Shown here: in pieces, positions 10,611 to 19,785 of the stretch
Layout: every line of letters starts with the position of its first letter
Numbering within the stretch: the first letter of the stretch is position 1
NCBI GenBank assembly: GCA_028693815.1
Contig: JAQUUP010000010.1
Coordinates: forward strand, 1 to 62,748
Length of the DNA stretch: 62,748 bases
DNA from: Candidatus Omnitrophota bacterium
Lineage (GTDB): Bacteria > Omnitrophota > Gorgyraeia > Zapsychrales > Aceulaceae
Direction: 5' to 3'
Position numbers and translations under genes: made by a program
Notes under the pieces: model-generated
Databases searched by the model: none
Told to the model about the DNA's origin: nothing
The model's input: the letters and a program-made list of their open reading frames with translations, nothing else

Positions 10611-12089
10611 ATGTCTCTTGATATTGTTTTAGTTAATCCAAGTATTCAAAAAGAAATGTTTGGCAAGCTCGGAGAAAGCCTTGCCGGCATTGAGCCGCCT
10701 TTATGGATTGGTCTTTTGGCCGCGGTTTTGCGGGATCGAGGATTTTCTGTAAAAATTATTGATGCAGAGGCTGAAGGCTTAGGCGCAAAAGAGACGGTTG
10801 ATAAAATTATTGAATATAGCCCTTTAACCATTGGCATTGGGGCTGTTGGGGCTAATCCTTCTGCGAGTTCAACGCCGAAAATGGTTGGTGTTCGTCATGT
10901 CGTGTCTTTACTTAAAGAAAAAAATATAGCATCTGCAACAATTTTGTATGGTATTCATCCTTCTGCACTGCCTGAGCAAACTTTAAAAGAAGAAAGAGCT
11001 GACTTTGTTTGTCGGGGAGAAGCTTTTGAACCGATATCAAAACTTTTAGAAGAGCTTAAATCACAAAAAAAAGAATTGAATCTTGATATTAAAGGTCTTT
11101 GTTATCTGAAGAATGGAAATTTTGTTGATAACGGATGGGCGGATGTGGTGGAAGATTTAGACAGCTTGCCTTTTGTTGCATGGGACCTTCTCCCGATGGA
11201 AAAGTATCGAGCACATAATTGGCATTGCTTTGGTGATGTTAAGCATCGTTCGCCGTATGCGATTATTTATTCAAGCTTAGGTTGCCCGTTTCATTGTCAT
11301 TATTGTAATATTCACGCACTTTATAGTGGCAATCCAGGCATTCGTTTTCGAAGTCCAAAACGAGTTGTTGAGGAAATCGACTATTTGGTTGAAAAATATC
11401 AAGTGCGGCATATGAAAATTTTAGACGAACTTTTTGTTATTGATAAGCAACGTATGTTTGAAATTTGTGATCTTTTAATTGAGCGAAACCACAATATAAA
11501 TTTCTGGGCATATGCAAGAGTCGATACGGTTTCCGAGGAAGTTTTAAAGAAATTAAAAGCCGCAGGAATTAATTGGCTCTGTTATGGAATAGAGGCAGGC
11601 TCTGCGGATGTTCGACAAGGTGTTTCAAAAGGGCGTTTTAGTCAGGATGTGGTTAAAAAAGCCATGAAGATGACCCAAGATGCTGGTATTCATATTATTG
11701 GTAATTTTATGTTTGGACTTCCCGACGATACTCTTGAAACTATGCAAGAAACATTTTCTTTAGCGCAAGAAATTAATTGTGAATATGTTAATTTTTACGC
11801 CACCATGGCGTATCCGGGTTCGCCGCTTTATCAAGATGCGATTAAACAAGGATTGAGTCTGCCGGATGGATGGATGGGATTTTCGCAGTTTAGCCCTCAA
11901 ACGCTTCCTTTGCCAACAAAATATTGTTCGGCCGAAGAAGTTTTGCGTTTTCGTGATGATGCGTTTAACGCTTATTATAGTAATTCTAAATATTTAGATA
12001 TGATTTTGGAAAAGTTTGGACAAGAAACAGTAGATCATATTAAAGAGATGCTTAAACATAAACTCAAGCGGGATATTTTATCAAAATAA
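10611..12089 (+). CDS. B12-binding-domain radical SAM enzyme
   Basis: The N-terminal cobalamin-binding-like domain (IGLLAAVLRDRGFSVKIIDAE) is followed by the SSLGCPFHCHYCNI CxxxCxxC cluster motif. Confidence 0.85.
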   Translation: MSLDIVLVNPSIQKEMFGKLGESLAGIEPPLWIGLLAAVLRDRGFSVKIIDAEAEGLGAKETVDKIIEYSPLTIGIGAVGANPSASSTPKMVGVRHVVSLLKEKNIASATILYGIHPSALPEQTLKEERADFVCRGEAFEPISKLLEELKSQKKELNLDIKGLCYLKNGNFVDNGWADVVEDLDSLPFVAWDLLPMEKYRAHNWHCFGDVKHRSPYAIIYSSLGCPFHCHYCNIHALYSGNPGIRFRSPKRVVEEIDYLVEKYQVRHMKILDELFVIDKQRMFEICDLLIERNHNINFWAYARVDTVSEEVLKKLKAAGINWLCYGIEAGSADVRQGVSKGRFSQDVVKKAMKMTQDAGIHIIGNFMFGLPDDTLETMQETFSLAQEINCEYVNFYATMAYPGSPLYQDAIKQGLSLPDGWMGFSQFSPQTLPLPTKYCSAEEVLRFRDDAFNAYYSNSKYLDMILEKFGQETVDHIKEMLKHKLKRDILSK

Positions 12090-12106
12090 TTTATAGGAGT
12101 TAAGAA

Positions 12107-13105
12107 ATGATTATAAGCCGAACCCCTTTTCGTGTTTCTTTCTTTGGCGGCGGAACAGATTATCCTGCTTGGTTTAATGAAAATAAAGGTGCTTCTTTAG
12201 GTACGACTATTGATAAGTATTGCTATATTACTTGTCGCTATTTGCCTCCTTTTTTTGATCATAAGTCGCGTATTATTTATTCTAAGGTCGAGCAGGTGAA
12301 CAACGTCGACGACATTGTTCATCCGGCTGTGCGTGAAGCGATTAAGTTTTTAAAGATTTCAGATGGTCTTGAAATTCATCATGATGGTGACCTTCCCGCT
12401 CGCACAGGCTTGGGCTCTAGTTCGTCTTTTACCGTTGGGCTTTTAAACGGATTATATGCTTTAAAAGGAAAGATGGTTAGCAAGCAACGTTTAGCTGAGG
12501 AAGCGATTTATGTTGAGCAGGAAATGTGCAAGGAAAATGTTGGATGTCAAGATCAAGCATTAGTGGCAAATGGTGGATTTAATTATGTTGAATTTGGTGG
12601 GTCAACCCATTTAAAGACAACAAAGGTAACGATTTCATCTGAGAAGTTAAAGTTTTTACAAGATCGTCTGATGTTGTTTTTTACAGGATTCTCAAGAACG
12701 GCATCAGAGATTGCGAAACATCAAATTGAAAATATTCCAAAGAAGAAAAAAGATTTAACTGAAATGTATCAAATGGCATCAACAGCTCTCGATATTCTAA
12801 ATGGAAATGATATTTCAGAATTTGGAAAACTTTTAGATGAATCTTGGCAAATAAAAAAACAATTATCTGATAAAATATCAACGCCATATATTGACGAAAT
12901 TTATGAAAAGGCTAAAAAAGCTGGGGCTTCAGGAGGAAAACTTTTAGGTGCCGGTGGGGGAGGATTTGTTTTGTTATTTGCTGATCCAGAAAAACAAAAT
13001 CAGATCAGAGAAGCTCTAAATTCGTTATTGGAAATTCCTTTTAAGTTTGAGATGCAAGGAAGCCAAATTATTTTTTATCAACCAAATACTGGAAAAGTGG
13101 AGTAA
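12107..13105 (+). CDS. GHMP-family sugar-phosphate kinase, HddA-like (D-glycero-D-manno-heptose 7-phosphate kinase type)
   Basis: MIISRTPFRVSFFGGGTDYP start, LPARTGLGSSSSFTVG GHMP motif, GAGGGGFVLLF. Confidence 0.8.
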   Translation: MIISRTPFRVSFFGGGTDYPAWFNENKGASLGTTIDKYCYITCRYLPPFFDHKSRIIYSKVEQVNNVDDIVHPAVREAIKFLKISDGLEIHHDGDLPARTGLGSSSSFTVGLLNGLYALKGKMVSKQRLAEEAIYVEQEMCKENVGCQDQALVANGGFNYVEFGGSTHLKTTKVTISSEKLKFLQDRLMLFFTGFSRTASEIAKHQIENIPKKKKDLTEMYQMASTALDILNGNDISEFGKLLDESWQIKKQLSDKISTPYIDEIYEKAKKAGASGGKLLGAGGGGFVLLFADPEKQNQIREALNSLLEIPFKFEMQGSQIIFYQPNTGKVE

Positions 13106-13110
13106 GCCTT

Positions 13111-13824
13111 TTGTGCGACTTATCAAAAATAGATGTTGTTGTTTTAGCCGGAGGCTTAGGAAAACGTCTTCGTTCTGAGACGGGAAATACGCCAAAAGTT
13201 TTGGCTCAGGTTAATGGTGTTCCTTTTCTTGATATCTTGCTTAAAAATCTTTCAAGCCAAGGCTTTAAAAAAGTTATTTTATGTACCGGTTATCAGTCTC
13301 AAGAGATTGAGTCTTATTATCAGAATAATGCTTTAGGATTGACGATTGAATTCTCTACGGAAGAAGCGCCTCTTGGAACAGGAGGTGCAATTAAGAAAGC
13401 TCGATCATTTGTGCGAAGCGATAAATTCTTTGCTCTCAATGGTGATTGTTTTTGCACCGTTTTATTTAAAGATTTCTTAAAGTTTCATAATGAAAAGAAT
13501 GCTTTTACTTCAATGGTCTTAACAGAAGTTAAGGATAAGAAGGATTTTGGATCTGTTGTTATTGATGATAATAACGCAATTATGAGTTTTCAAGAAAAGA
13601 GTGAAAAAGCATTTTCGCCGTATGTTAGTGTTGGCATTTATTGTTTTGAAAGAGAAGTTTTTGACTCAATGCCAAGCCAAGAAGCTTTTTCGATTGAACA
13701 TGATTTTTTTCCAAATCTCATTAACAAAAGTTTCTTTGGATTTATCACGGATCAAGGTTTCTTAGATATCGGTACCCCGGATCGATACAAACTAGCACAA
13801 GAAAAATTAGTCAATAATGAATAA
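13111..13824 (+). CDS. Sugar-1-phosphate nucleotidyltransferase, HddC-like
   Basis: VVLAGGLGKRLRSETGNTPKVLAQVNG signature, EEAPLGTGGA. TTG start 5 nt after the kinase stop. Confidence 0.8.
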   Translation: MCDLSKIDVVVLAGGLGKRLRSETGNTPKVLAQVNGVPFLDILLKNLSSQGFKKVILCTGYQSQEIESYYQNNALGLTIEFSTEEAPLGTGGAIKKARSFVRSDKFFALNGDCFCTVLFKDFLKFHNEKNAFTSMVLTEVKDKKDFGSVVIDDNNAIMSFQEKSEKAFSPYVSVGIYCFEREVFDSMPSQEAFSIEHDFFPNLINKSFFGFITDQGFLDIGTPDRYKLAQEKLVNNE

Positions 13825-13887
13825 GAAAAGAATGTTTTTACTGGAGATGGCTGATTAAGAATTATTGAAAATTAGCTGATAAAGTGG

Positions 13888-13915
13888 TTGAAAAAAGCCA
13901 TTGTAAAATTATACT
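13888..13915 (+). promoter_or_regulatory. Putative sigma70-type promoter in the 196-nt gap before the aminotransferase
   Basis: TTGAAA (13888-13893), 16-nt spacer, TATACT (13910-13915). Confidence 0.3.
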
Positions 13916-14020
13916 GTTAAGAGGGTCTTCCGAAAAATATCTCTGTCAGTTTATGATTCAGACAATGATTTAATATTTATGGGAAGCAAGCTAGGCGCTT
14001 ATTAAAGGAGTTGTAATAAA

Positions 14021-15160
14021 ATGAGTATTCCATTTGTTGATTTTCGTCCTCAATATGATGAGGTAAAAAATGAAGTTGATAAAGGTGTAAAAAAAGTTTT
14101 CGAGACTGGAAATTTTATTCTTGGGGCTGAAGAAAAAGATTTTGAAGTAAATTTTGCAAAATATTGTGATACGCAATACGGCATTGGCGTTAATTCCGGA
14201 ACAGATGCACTGCATTTGGCTTTACGTGCGCTTGATATCGGGCCGGGAGATGAGGTCATTGTTCCGACATTTACATTTATTGCTTCTGCTTTAGCTGTGT
14301 CGTACACCGGAGCAACGCCTGTTTTTGCAGATATTGAAGAGGGCACGTATAGTCTTGATATAAAAAAGCTGGAGTCTCTTATTACGAAGAAAACAAAAGC
14401 TATTATGCCAGTTCATTTGTACGGTCAGCCTGCAAATTTAGATGAGATTTTAGCTATTGCTAAAAAGCATAATTTAAGAATTGTTGAAGATTGTGCGCAG
14501 GCTCATGGAGCGCTTTACAAGAACAAGAAAGTTGGTTCGTTTGGCGATATAGGTTGTTTTAGTTTTTATCCGACTAAGGGATTAGGAGCTTTTGGCGACG
14601 GAGGATTTATTGCAACGAATAGTGAAGATCTTTATAATAAAGTTTTGATGTTGCGCGATTATGGAAGAAAAGGCCGTTACGAGCACGTTATCAAGGGATA
14701 TAATTCTAGGCTAGACACGGTTCAGGCTGTTGTTTTAGACGCTAAGTTAAAACATTTTGATCGGTGGAATAAAATGCGAAATGAAGCAGCTGTTTATTAT
14801 GGAAAACTTTTAGATCAAATTGAAGGTGTTTGTGCGCCTGTGATTAAAGAAAATCGAACACACACATTTCAAACATTTGCTATTCGAACAAAGAATAGAG
14901 ATATTGTTTGCGAAAGAATGCAGAAAAAAGGGATAGGGGTTTTGGTTCACTATCCGATTCCTGTTCATCTTCAAGAAGCATATCAAGAGCTAGAATATAA
15001 AAAAGGTGATCTTCCGGTATCAGAAAAAATTGCAGGTGAGATTTTGTCTTTGCCGATGTTTCCGCATATTAAAAAAGAGCAAATTGATTTGGTTTGTGCA
15101 GTGCTTAAGGAATCTTTGTTTGATGGGTCAGGCCAACAGTGTGGTTGTTGTAAAGAATAA
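14021..15160 (+). CDS. DegT/DnrJ/EryC1/StrS-family PLP-dependent sugar aminotransferase (WbpE-like)
   Basis: IPFVDFRPQY start, GVNSGTDALHLAL, FSFYPTKGLGAFGDGG (catalytic Lys present), YNSRLDTVQA. AAAGGAG RBS upstream. Confidence 0.85.
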   Translation: MSIPFVDFRPQYDEVKNEVDKGVKKVFETGNFILGAEEKDFEVNFAKYCDTQYGIGVNSGTDALHLALRALDIGPGDEVIVPTFTFIASALAVSYTGATPVFADIEEGTYSLDIKKLESLITKKTKAIMPVHLYGQPANLDEILAIAKKHNLRIVEDCAQAHGALYKNKKVGSFGDIGCFSFYPTKGLGAFGDGGFIATNSEDLYNKVLMLRDYGRKGRYEHVIKGYNSRLDTVQAVVLDAKLKHFDRWNKMRNEAAVYYGKLLDQIEGVCAPVIKENRTHTFQTFAIRTKNRDIVCERMQKKGIGVLVHYPIPVHLQEAYQELEYKKGDLPVSEKIAGEILSLPMFPHIKKEQIDLVCAVLKESLFDGSGQQCGCCKE

Positions 15161-15247
15161 GAAAAAGAAATAAAAAGGTGTGTTTTTTCATTTTGCTAGA
15201 TTATGAACTGTGCAAAATATTTGGATATTGAAAAAGGATAAGAAGAA

Positions 15248-15847
15248 ATGAAAATTGCTTTTTTAGATCGGGATGGTGTTATTAATCAGTTTCCTGGATT
15301 TGGGAAGTATGTTACTAAGGTTAAAGACTTCCATTTTATTCCTGGATCGATTGAGGCTATTGTTGATTTAACGAAAAGAGGATACGCTATTTTTGTTGTA
15401 TCTAATCAGGCTGGCGTTGCAAAGGGAATTTATTCAGAAAGAAAGCTTGAGCAGATTAATGATTATATGATGCGACATGTTAAAAAAGCTGGTGGACGAA
15501 TTAAAAAAGTTTTTTATTGCAGACATCGTTCTGATGCAGGGTGTGATTGTCGAAAACCAAATATAGGCTCTATTGAGCGGGCTCTTAAAATTATCAATAA
15601 AGAGTCAAAGGATGCCAAGTATGCGTATTTTGTTGGTGATGACAAGACGGATATCGAAGCAGGGCATAATGCTGGATGCAAAACAATTTTAGTGTTATCT
15701 GGAAAGAATCAAAGAAAAGATGCAAAGAGTTGGGCGGTTCAACCTGATTTTATTGCACAAACACTTTCAGATGCAAGAAAGATTATCATCAATGAAAATT
15801 CTTCTTATTCATGCCTCGGCAGGAGCCGGACACCAAAAAGCCGCTGA
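15248..15847 (+). CDS. gmhB: D,D-heptose 1,7-bisphosphate phosphatase (HAD, GmhB type)
   Basis: FLDRDGVIN (DxDG), VSNQAGVAKG, CRHRSDAGCDCRKP zinc loop, GDDKTDIEAG. Confidence 0.8.
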   Translation: MKIAFLDRDGVINQFPGFGKYVTKVKDFHFIPGSIEAIVDLTKRGYAIFVVSNQAGVAKGIYSERKLEQINDYMMRHVKKAGGRIKKVFYCRHRSDAGCDCRKPNIGSIERALKIINKESKDAKYAYFVGDDKTDIEAGHNAGCKTILVLSGKNQRKDAKSWAVQPDFIAQTLSDARKIIINENSSYSCLGRSRTPKSR

Positions 15848-16877
15848 GGCTATTTATACTAGCGTCAAAAAACATACCGATTTTAATGTTCAACTCGTTG
15901 ACGCTCTAGACTATACCAATTCTTTTTACAAAAAGATTTATCGAAAAACATATGCCCTTTTAATTAGCAAATGCCCAAAGGCGTGGGGGTTTTTCTTTTG
16001 GCTTGCGGATATTCGTTTTTTGCTGAGGGTTGTGCAGGGGTTGAGACGTTTTTTTAATGCCATCAATGCGCAGAAATTGCATCAATTTTTAAAAAAAGAA
16101 AATTTTGATTATATTATTTCGACGCATTTTTTTCCAAATGAGGTCGCGGCGTTTTTAAAGCGCAGAGGAGAGATCACTTCAAAAATTATTTGTGGCGTTA
16201 CGGATTATGATGCACATAGCATCTGGGTCTCTCAGGGTGTTGATCGTTATTGTGTTGCTTGTGAACATACTAAAAAGACGCTAGTTTCTTTAGGTGTTCG
16301 AAGTGAAGAAATATTGATCACAGGAATTCCAACGGACGAGAAATTTTCACAAGAATATGATCGTGCAAGTCTTTGTGATAAGCTAGGGCTTAAAAAAGAT
16401 ATTTTTACAGTTTTAATTGCAACCGGATCTTTTGGTATAGGACCGATTGAAGAAATTATCGCATCATTATCTGGGTTTCAGCGAGTTGTTGTCTGTGGGC
16501 ATAACAAGAGTTTATTTAATCGTTTATTGAAAACTAAAGATGACCTTACTAAGGTATATGGTTTTATTGATAACATGAACGAGTTTATGGCTGTTTCCGA
16601 TGCTATGGTTACAAAGCCAGGTGGTCTTTCCATTTCAGAAGCCCTAGTTACAGGGCTTGTTCTTATTTTCTTCAGCGCGATTCCTGGACAGGAAACAAAT
16701 AATATTAAAGTTTTAAAAGAATATGGTGTTGGAGTAAGCGGTGTAACAATTCTTGAAATGGCTGAGGAAATTAAGACTCTCAATGCTTCCCTAGAATATA
16801 GAGCGAAAGCAATGGCCAATATAAAGAAATTAGCCCGTCCATCTGCCTCTTGTGATATTATTAATCTAATCGCGTAA
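15792..16877 (+). CDS. GT28-family glycosyltransferase (MGDG synthase / UgtP-like diacylglycerol glycosyltransferase)
   Basis: MKILLIHASAGAGHQKAAEAI start, C-terminal VTKPGGLSISEAL. The start is taken at MKILLIH; the track ORF starts at 15720 inside gmhB. Confidence 0.75.
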   Translation: MKILLIHASAGAGHQKAAEAIYTSVKKHTDFNVQLVDALDYTNSFYKKIYRKTYALLISKCPKAWGFFFWLADIRFLLRVVQGLRRFFNAINAQKLHQFLKKENFDYIISTHFFPNEVAAFLKRRGEITSKIICGVTDYDAHSIWVSQGVDRYCVACEHTKKTLVSLGVRSEEILITGIPTDEKFSQEYDRASLCDKLGLKKDIFTVLIATGSFGIGPIEEIIASLSGFQRVVVCGHNKSLFNRLLKTKDDLTKVYGFIDNMNEFMAVSDAMVTKPGGLSISEALVTGLVLIFFSAIPGQETNNIKVLKEYGVGVSGVTILEMAEEIKTLNASLEYRAKAMANIKKLARPSASCDIINLIA

Positions 16878-16895
16878 ATTTATTCATTAAAAAAT

Positions 16896-18743
16896 ATGAA
16901 AAAACAAATTGCTCAGGTTGTTGTTGGTCTTCCTGTAGATAAATCATTTGATTATAAGATTGATTCTGCATTTTTAGGAAAGATAAAAGTGGGTCAACGC
17001 GTTATTGTCCCATTCCAGTCAAAAAAAATGATGGGATTTGTTGTTGGTTTAAAAGAGACAAGTCCTTTTGAAAAACTAAGATCGATTATTAATGTCTTAG
17101 ACTCAGAGCCGGTTATTTCGCCTAACCTTCTTAAGCTCGCAGAAGAGTTTTCAAAATATTATTGTTGCTCTTTTGGCGAGGCGGTAGAAACATTCTTGCC
17201 TAGAAATTTAAAGAAAACAAAGAAATCAGTAGAAATCTCTATTAAGAAAGATGTTCTGCCGAATAAAAGGAAACCTAGATTTTTCTTAGTTTGCGGACAG
17301 CCGACCGATCAAAGTTGGATAAAGGTTTTAAATAAGATAAAAAATACAATCAATGCAGGCCAGGGTGTTATTGTTTTAGTTCCAGAGAATTTAAAAATTA
17401 AGTATGTTGCTGATCAATTAAAGGAACAGACAAAAAAAGAAGTTATTGTTTTAGATAAAAAGATTAGAGGGACTGAGGAGCTTAAGAATTGGTTAAGACT
17501 TAAGAATGCAGAAGCTTCTGTTGTTGTTGGTACGCGTTCATGTGTTTTTGCCCCCGTCTACAATTTGGGCCTTATTGTCATTTTAGAAGAGAACAATTTC
17601 TCCTATAAGCAAGATCAATCGCCTTTTTATCATGCGCGCGATGTGGCTTTGATGCGTTCAAGAATCGAAAAGTGTTCTTTTGTCGCCTTGGCCCAAGTCC
17701 CATCGGTAGAAATTTTCTTTTTAACAAAATCTAAAGAAATAGATCTCGTCAATTTATACCCTAAAACAAATTTGCCTGTTCAGGTTATTGATATTTCAAA
17801 TTATAAGCCTCGAAAAAATACACTTGTCTCTATTCCTCTTTATTATGCAATTGAAAAAACACTTAATGAAAGAGGCAAAATATTACTTTTGATGAATAAA
17901 CGAGGATTTAGTAGTTTTGGAGTTTGTGCAAAATGCCAGAATGTTTTAAAGTGTCCGCGCTGTGATGTGCATCTAACGTATTTGTTTCATTCCAAAGAAG
18001 TTGTTTGCAGGCATTGCAATTATAAATCTAATCGTCCAGAGATCTGTCCAAGTTGTAATGTTGGGTATCTGAATTTTACAGGGCAGGGCATTGAAAAGTT
18101 AGAGAGTGAGGTCGCTCGCATTTTCCCTTCGGCGCGTGTTAGTTGTTTTGACAGAGACAGCGGTCAGATTAAAAAAGATTTTGATGTTTTGGTTGCAACC
18201 CAAGCTGTTTTGAATTTACAAAAAAAACCTTCATTTGATCTAACGGCCGTTGTTCAGCTTGATAGCGAGCTCAATCGCTTGGATTACCGAGCGGCACACA
18301 AGGCGTTTTCTTTATTGTTGCATCTTAAGAGTTTGACAAATAAACAGATGGTTATTCAGACGAGGCTTGCCGACAATTATTGTATTGAGAATCTTGCGAA
18401 GGATGATTTTTTAGGGTTTTATGAAAATGAATTAGAGCTAAGAAAAGAAATTGAGTGTCCACCGTTTGTGCACATGGCCGAAGTGCTTGTTCGTTCACTT
18501 AAAAAAGAGTCTGCGCTTATTCAAGCGGATGCTTTATATCAAAATTTCTTGAGTCAGGATATCAAAGGCGTCGAGGTTTCTGACCCGCAGCCACATATGA
18601 TTGCTCAGTTGCGCGATCAGTATCGATTTGCTATATTGATAAAAAGCAAGGAAGTTCAAAAAATTGTAAAAGTTGTCCGACAAGGTCTTAAGGATATAAA
18701 GCGAAAAGCAGATTCTATCGTGACTATTAATGTGGATCCTTAA
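16896..18743 (+). CDS. priA: Primosomal protein N' (PriA) with degenerate helicase ATPase motifs
   Basis: PriA layout: N-terminal VGLPVDKSFDYKI, SYKQDQSPFYHARDVA, Cys-rich zinc region CAKCQNVLKCPRCDVHLTY...CRHCNY...CPSCN. The Walker A position reads GQPTDQSW and DEEH reads LEEN. Confidence 0.8.
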   Translation: MKKQIAQVVVGLPVDKSFDYKIDSAFLGKIKVGQRVIVPFQSKKMMGFVVGLKETSPFEKLRSIINVLDSEPVISPNLLKLAEEFSKYYCCSFGEAVETFLPRNLKKTKKSVEISIKKDVLPNKRKPRFFLVCGQPTDQSWIKVLNKIKNTINAGQGVIVLVPENLKIKYVADQLKEQTKKEVIVLDKKIRGTEELKNWLRLKNAEASVVVGTRSCVFAPVYNLGLIVILEENNFSYKQDQSPFYHARDVALMRSRIEKCSFVALAQVPSVEIFFLTKSKEIDLVNLYPKTNLPVQVIDISNYKPRKNTLVSIPLYYAIEKTLNERGKILLLMNKRGFSSFGVCAKCQNVLKCPRCDVHLTYLFHSKEVVCRHCNYKSNRPEICPSCNVGYLNFTGQGIEKLESEVARIFPSARVSCFDRDSGQIKKDFDVLVATQAVLNLQKKPSFDLTAVVQLDSELNRLDYRAAHKAFSLLLHLKSLTNKQMVIQTRLADNYCIENLAKDDFLGFYENELELRKEIECPPFVHMAEVLVRSLKKESALIQADALYQNFLSQDIKGVEVSDPQPHMIAQLRDQYRFAILIKSKEVQKIVKVVRQGLKDIKRKADSIVTINVDP

Positions 18744-18758
18744 AAAAGGAATTTGGCT

Positions 18759-19682
18759 ATGAAAATAGTTTTTTTTGGAAGCGATGATTTTGCATCTAGA
18801 AATTTAGAGAGCTTGATTTGCTCTCGGCATGAGGTTTTGGCGTGCGTGACTCAACCGGATAGGCCTAAAGGGAGAGATCTTAAAATTTCTTTGCCAATGC
18901 CTAAAATTATTTCGGCTAATTATGGCGTAGATGTTTTACAGCCCAAAGATTTAAGAAGTGATGAGTTTTTAAAAGCACTGAAAGGCTATGGTGCTGAGCT
19001 TTTTGTTGTTATTGCGTATGGACGTATTTTGACAAAGGAAATTCTTGATTTACCAATGATGTTTTCAATTAATGTTCACGGCTCTCTTCTTCCGAAATAT
19101 AGAGGAGCGGCTCCGATTAATTGGGCGATTATTAATGGCGATCAGAAAACGGGCATGACGATTGCTAAAATTGATCAAAATCTTGATTCTGGTGATATTT
19201 TAAAGCAAAAAGAATTAGATATTAAAAAAGATGATACTTCCGCGATTTTGAGGCAACGGATGATTAATGAGAGCGTCGATTTTCTTTTAAATTGCTTAGA
19301 TGATATTGAAAATAATAATATTTCTCTTCAAAAGCAAGATTGCACCAAAGTTAGTTTTGCCCCAAAACTGACAAAGGAATTAGGGCTGATTGATTGGAAT
19401 AAATCTGCAGAAGAGATTCGAAATCTTGTTCGTGGGCTATTGCCGTGGCCAAGCGCGTATACAAAATACAAAGGAAAAATTTTAAAGATTCTAGAAACAG
19501 AAGTTGTTGATCAGAATTCTGTTCCTGGCAAAATTATTAATGTTTCAAAGCAAGGTTTCGTGGTTGGCGCATCAGATAAGGCTCTTTTGGTTAAGAGAGT
19601 TCATCTGGAGTCTTCGAAACAAATGGATGCAGCAAGTTTCGTTGCAGGGCATAAGATTGAAGTCGGTACTATTTTAGGCTAA
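18759..19682 (+). CDS. fmt: Methionyl-tRNA formyltransferase
   Basis: MKIVFFGSDDFA, QPDRPKGR, NVHGSLLPKYRGAAPINWAIING. Confidence 0.9.
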   Translation: MKIVFFGSDDFASRNLESLICSRHEVLACVTQPDRPKGRDLKISLPMPKIISANYGVDVLQPKDLRSDEFLKALKGYGAELFVVIAYGRILTKEILDLPMMFSINVHGSLLPKYRGAAPINWAIINGDQKTGMTIAKIDQNLDSGDILKQKELDIKKDDTSAILRQRMINESVDFLLNCLDDIENNNISLQKQDCTKVSFAPKLTKELGLIDWNKSAEEIRNLVRGLLPWPSAYTKYKGKILKILETEVVDQNSVPGKIINVSKQGFVVGASDKALLVKRVHLESSKQMDAASFVAGHKIEVGTILG

Positions 19683-19752
19683 TAAGATGTAATTTTGTAG
19701 GATAAACCCCACTTAAGATTTTTACTAAACAATTTTCCTTATTCCCCCTTTG

Positions 19753-19761
19753 TGCTATAAT
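19753..19761 (+). promoter_or_regulatory. Extended -10 element (TGcTATAAT) upstream of the galT-like pair
   Basis: tgtgcTATAAT lies 25 nt upstream of ATG 19786, with AAGGAAAAG between them. Confidence 0.35.
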
Positions 19762-19785
19762 CGTGCATTAAAGGAAAAGTAATAT

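Noticed and set aside
15720-15847. Long overlap between gmhB and the track ORF for the GT28 transferase, which could suggest a fusion or a frameshift.
   Set aside because: The GT28 family signature starts at MKILLIHASAGAGH (ATG 15792). The upstream 24 codons have no family similarity. A 56-nt overlap remains, but an internal start explains the data without invoking a frameshift.
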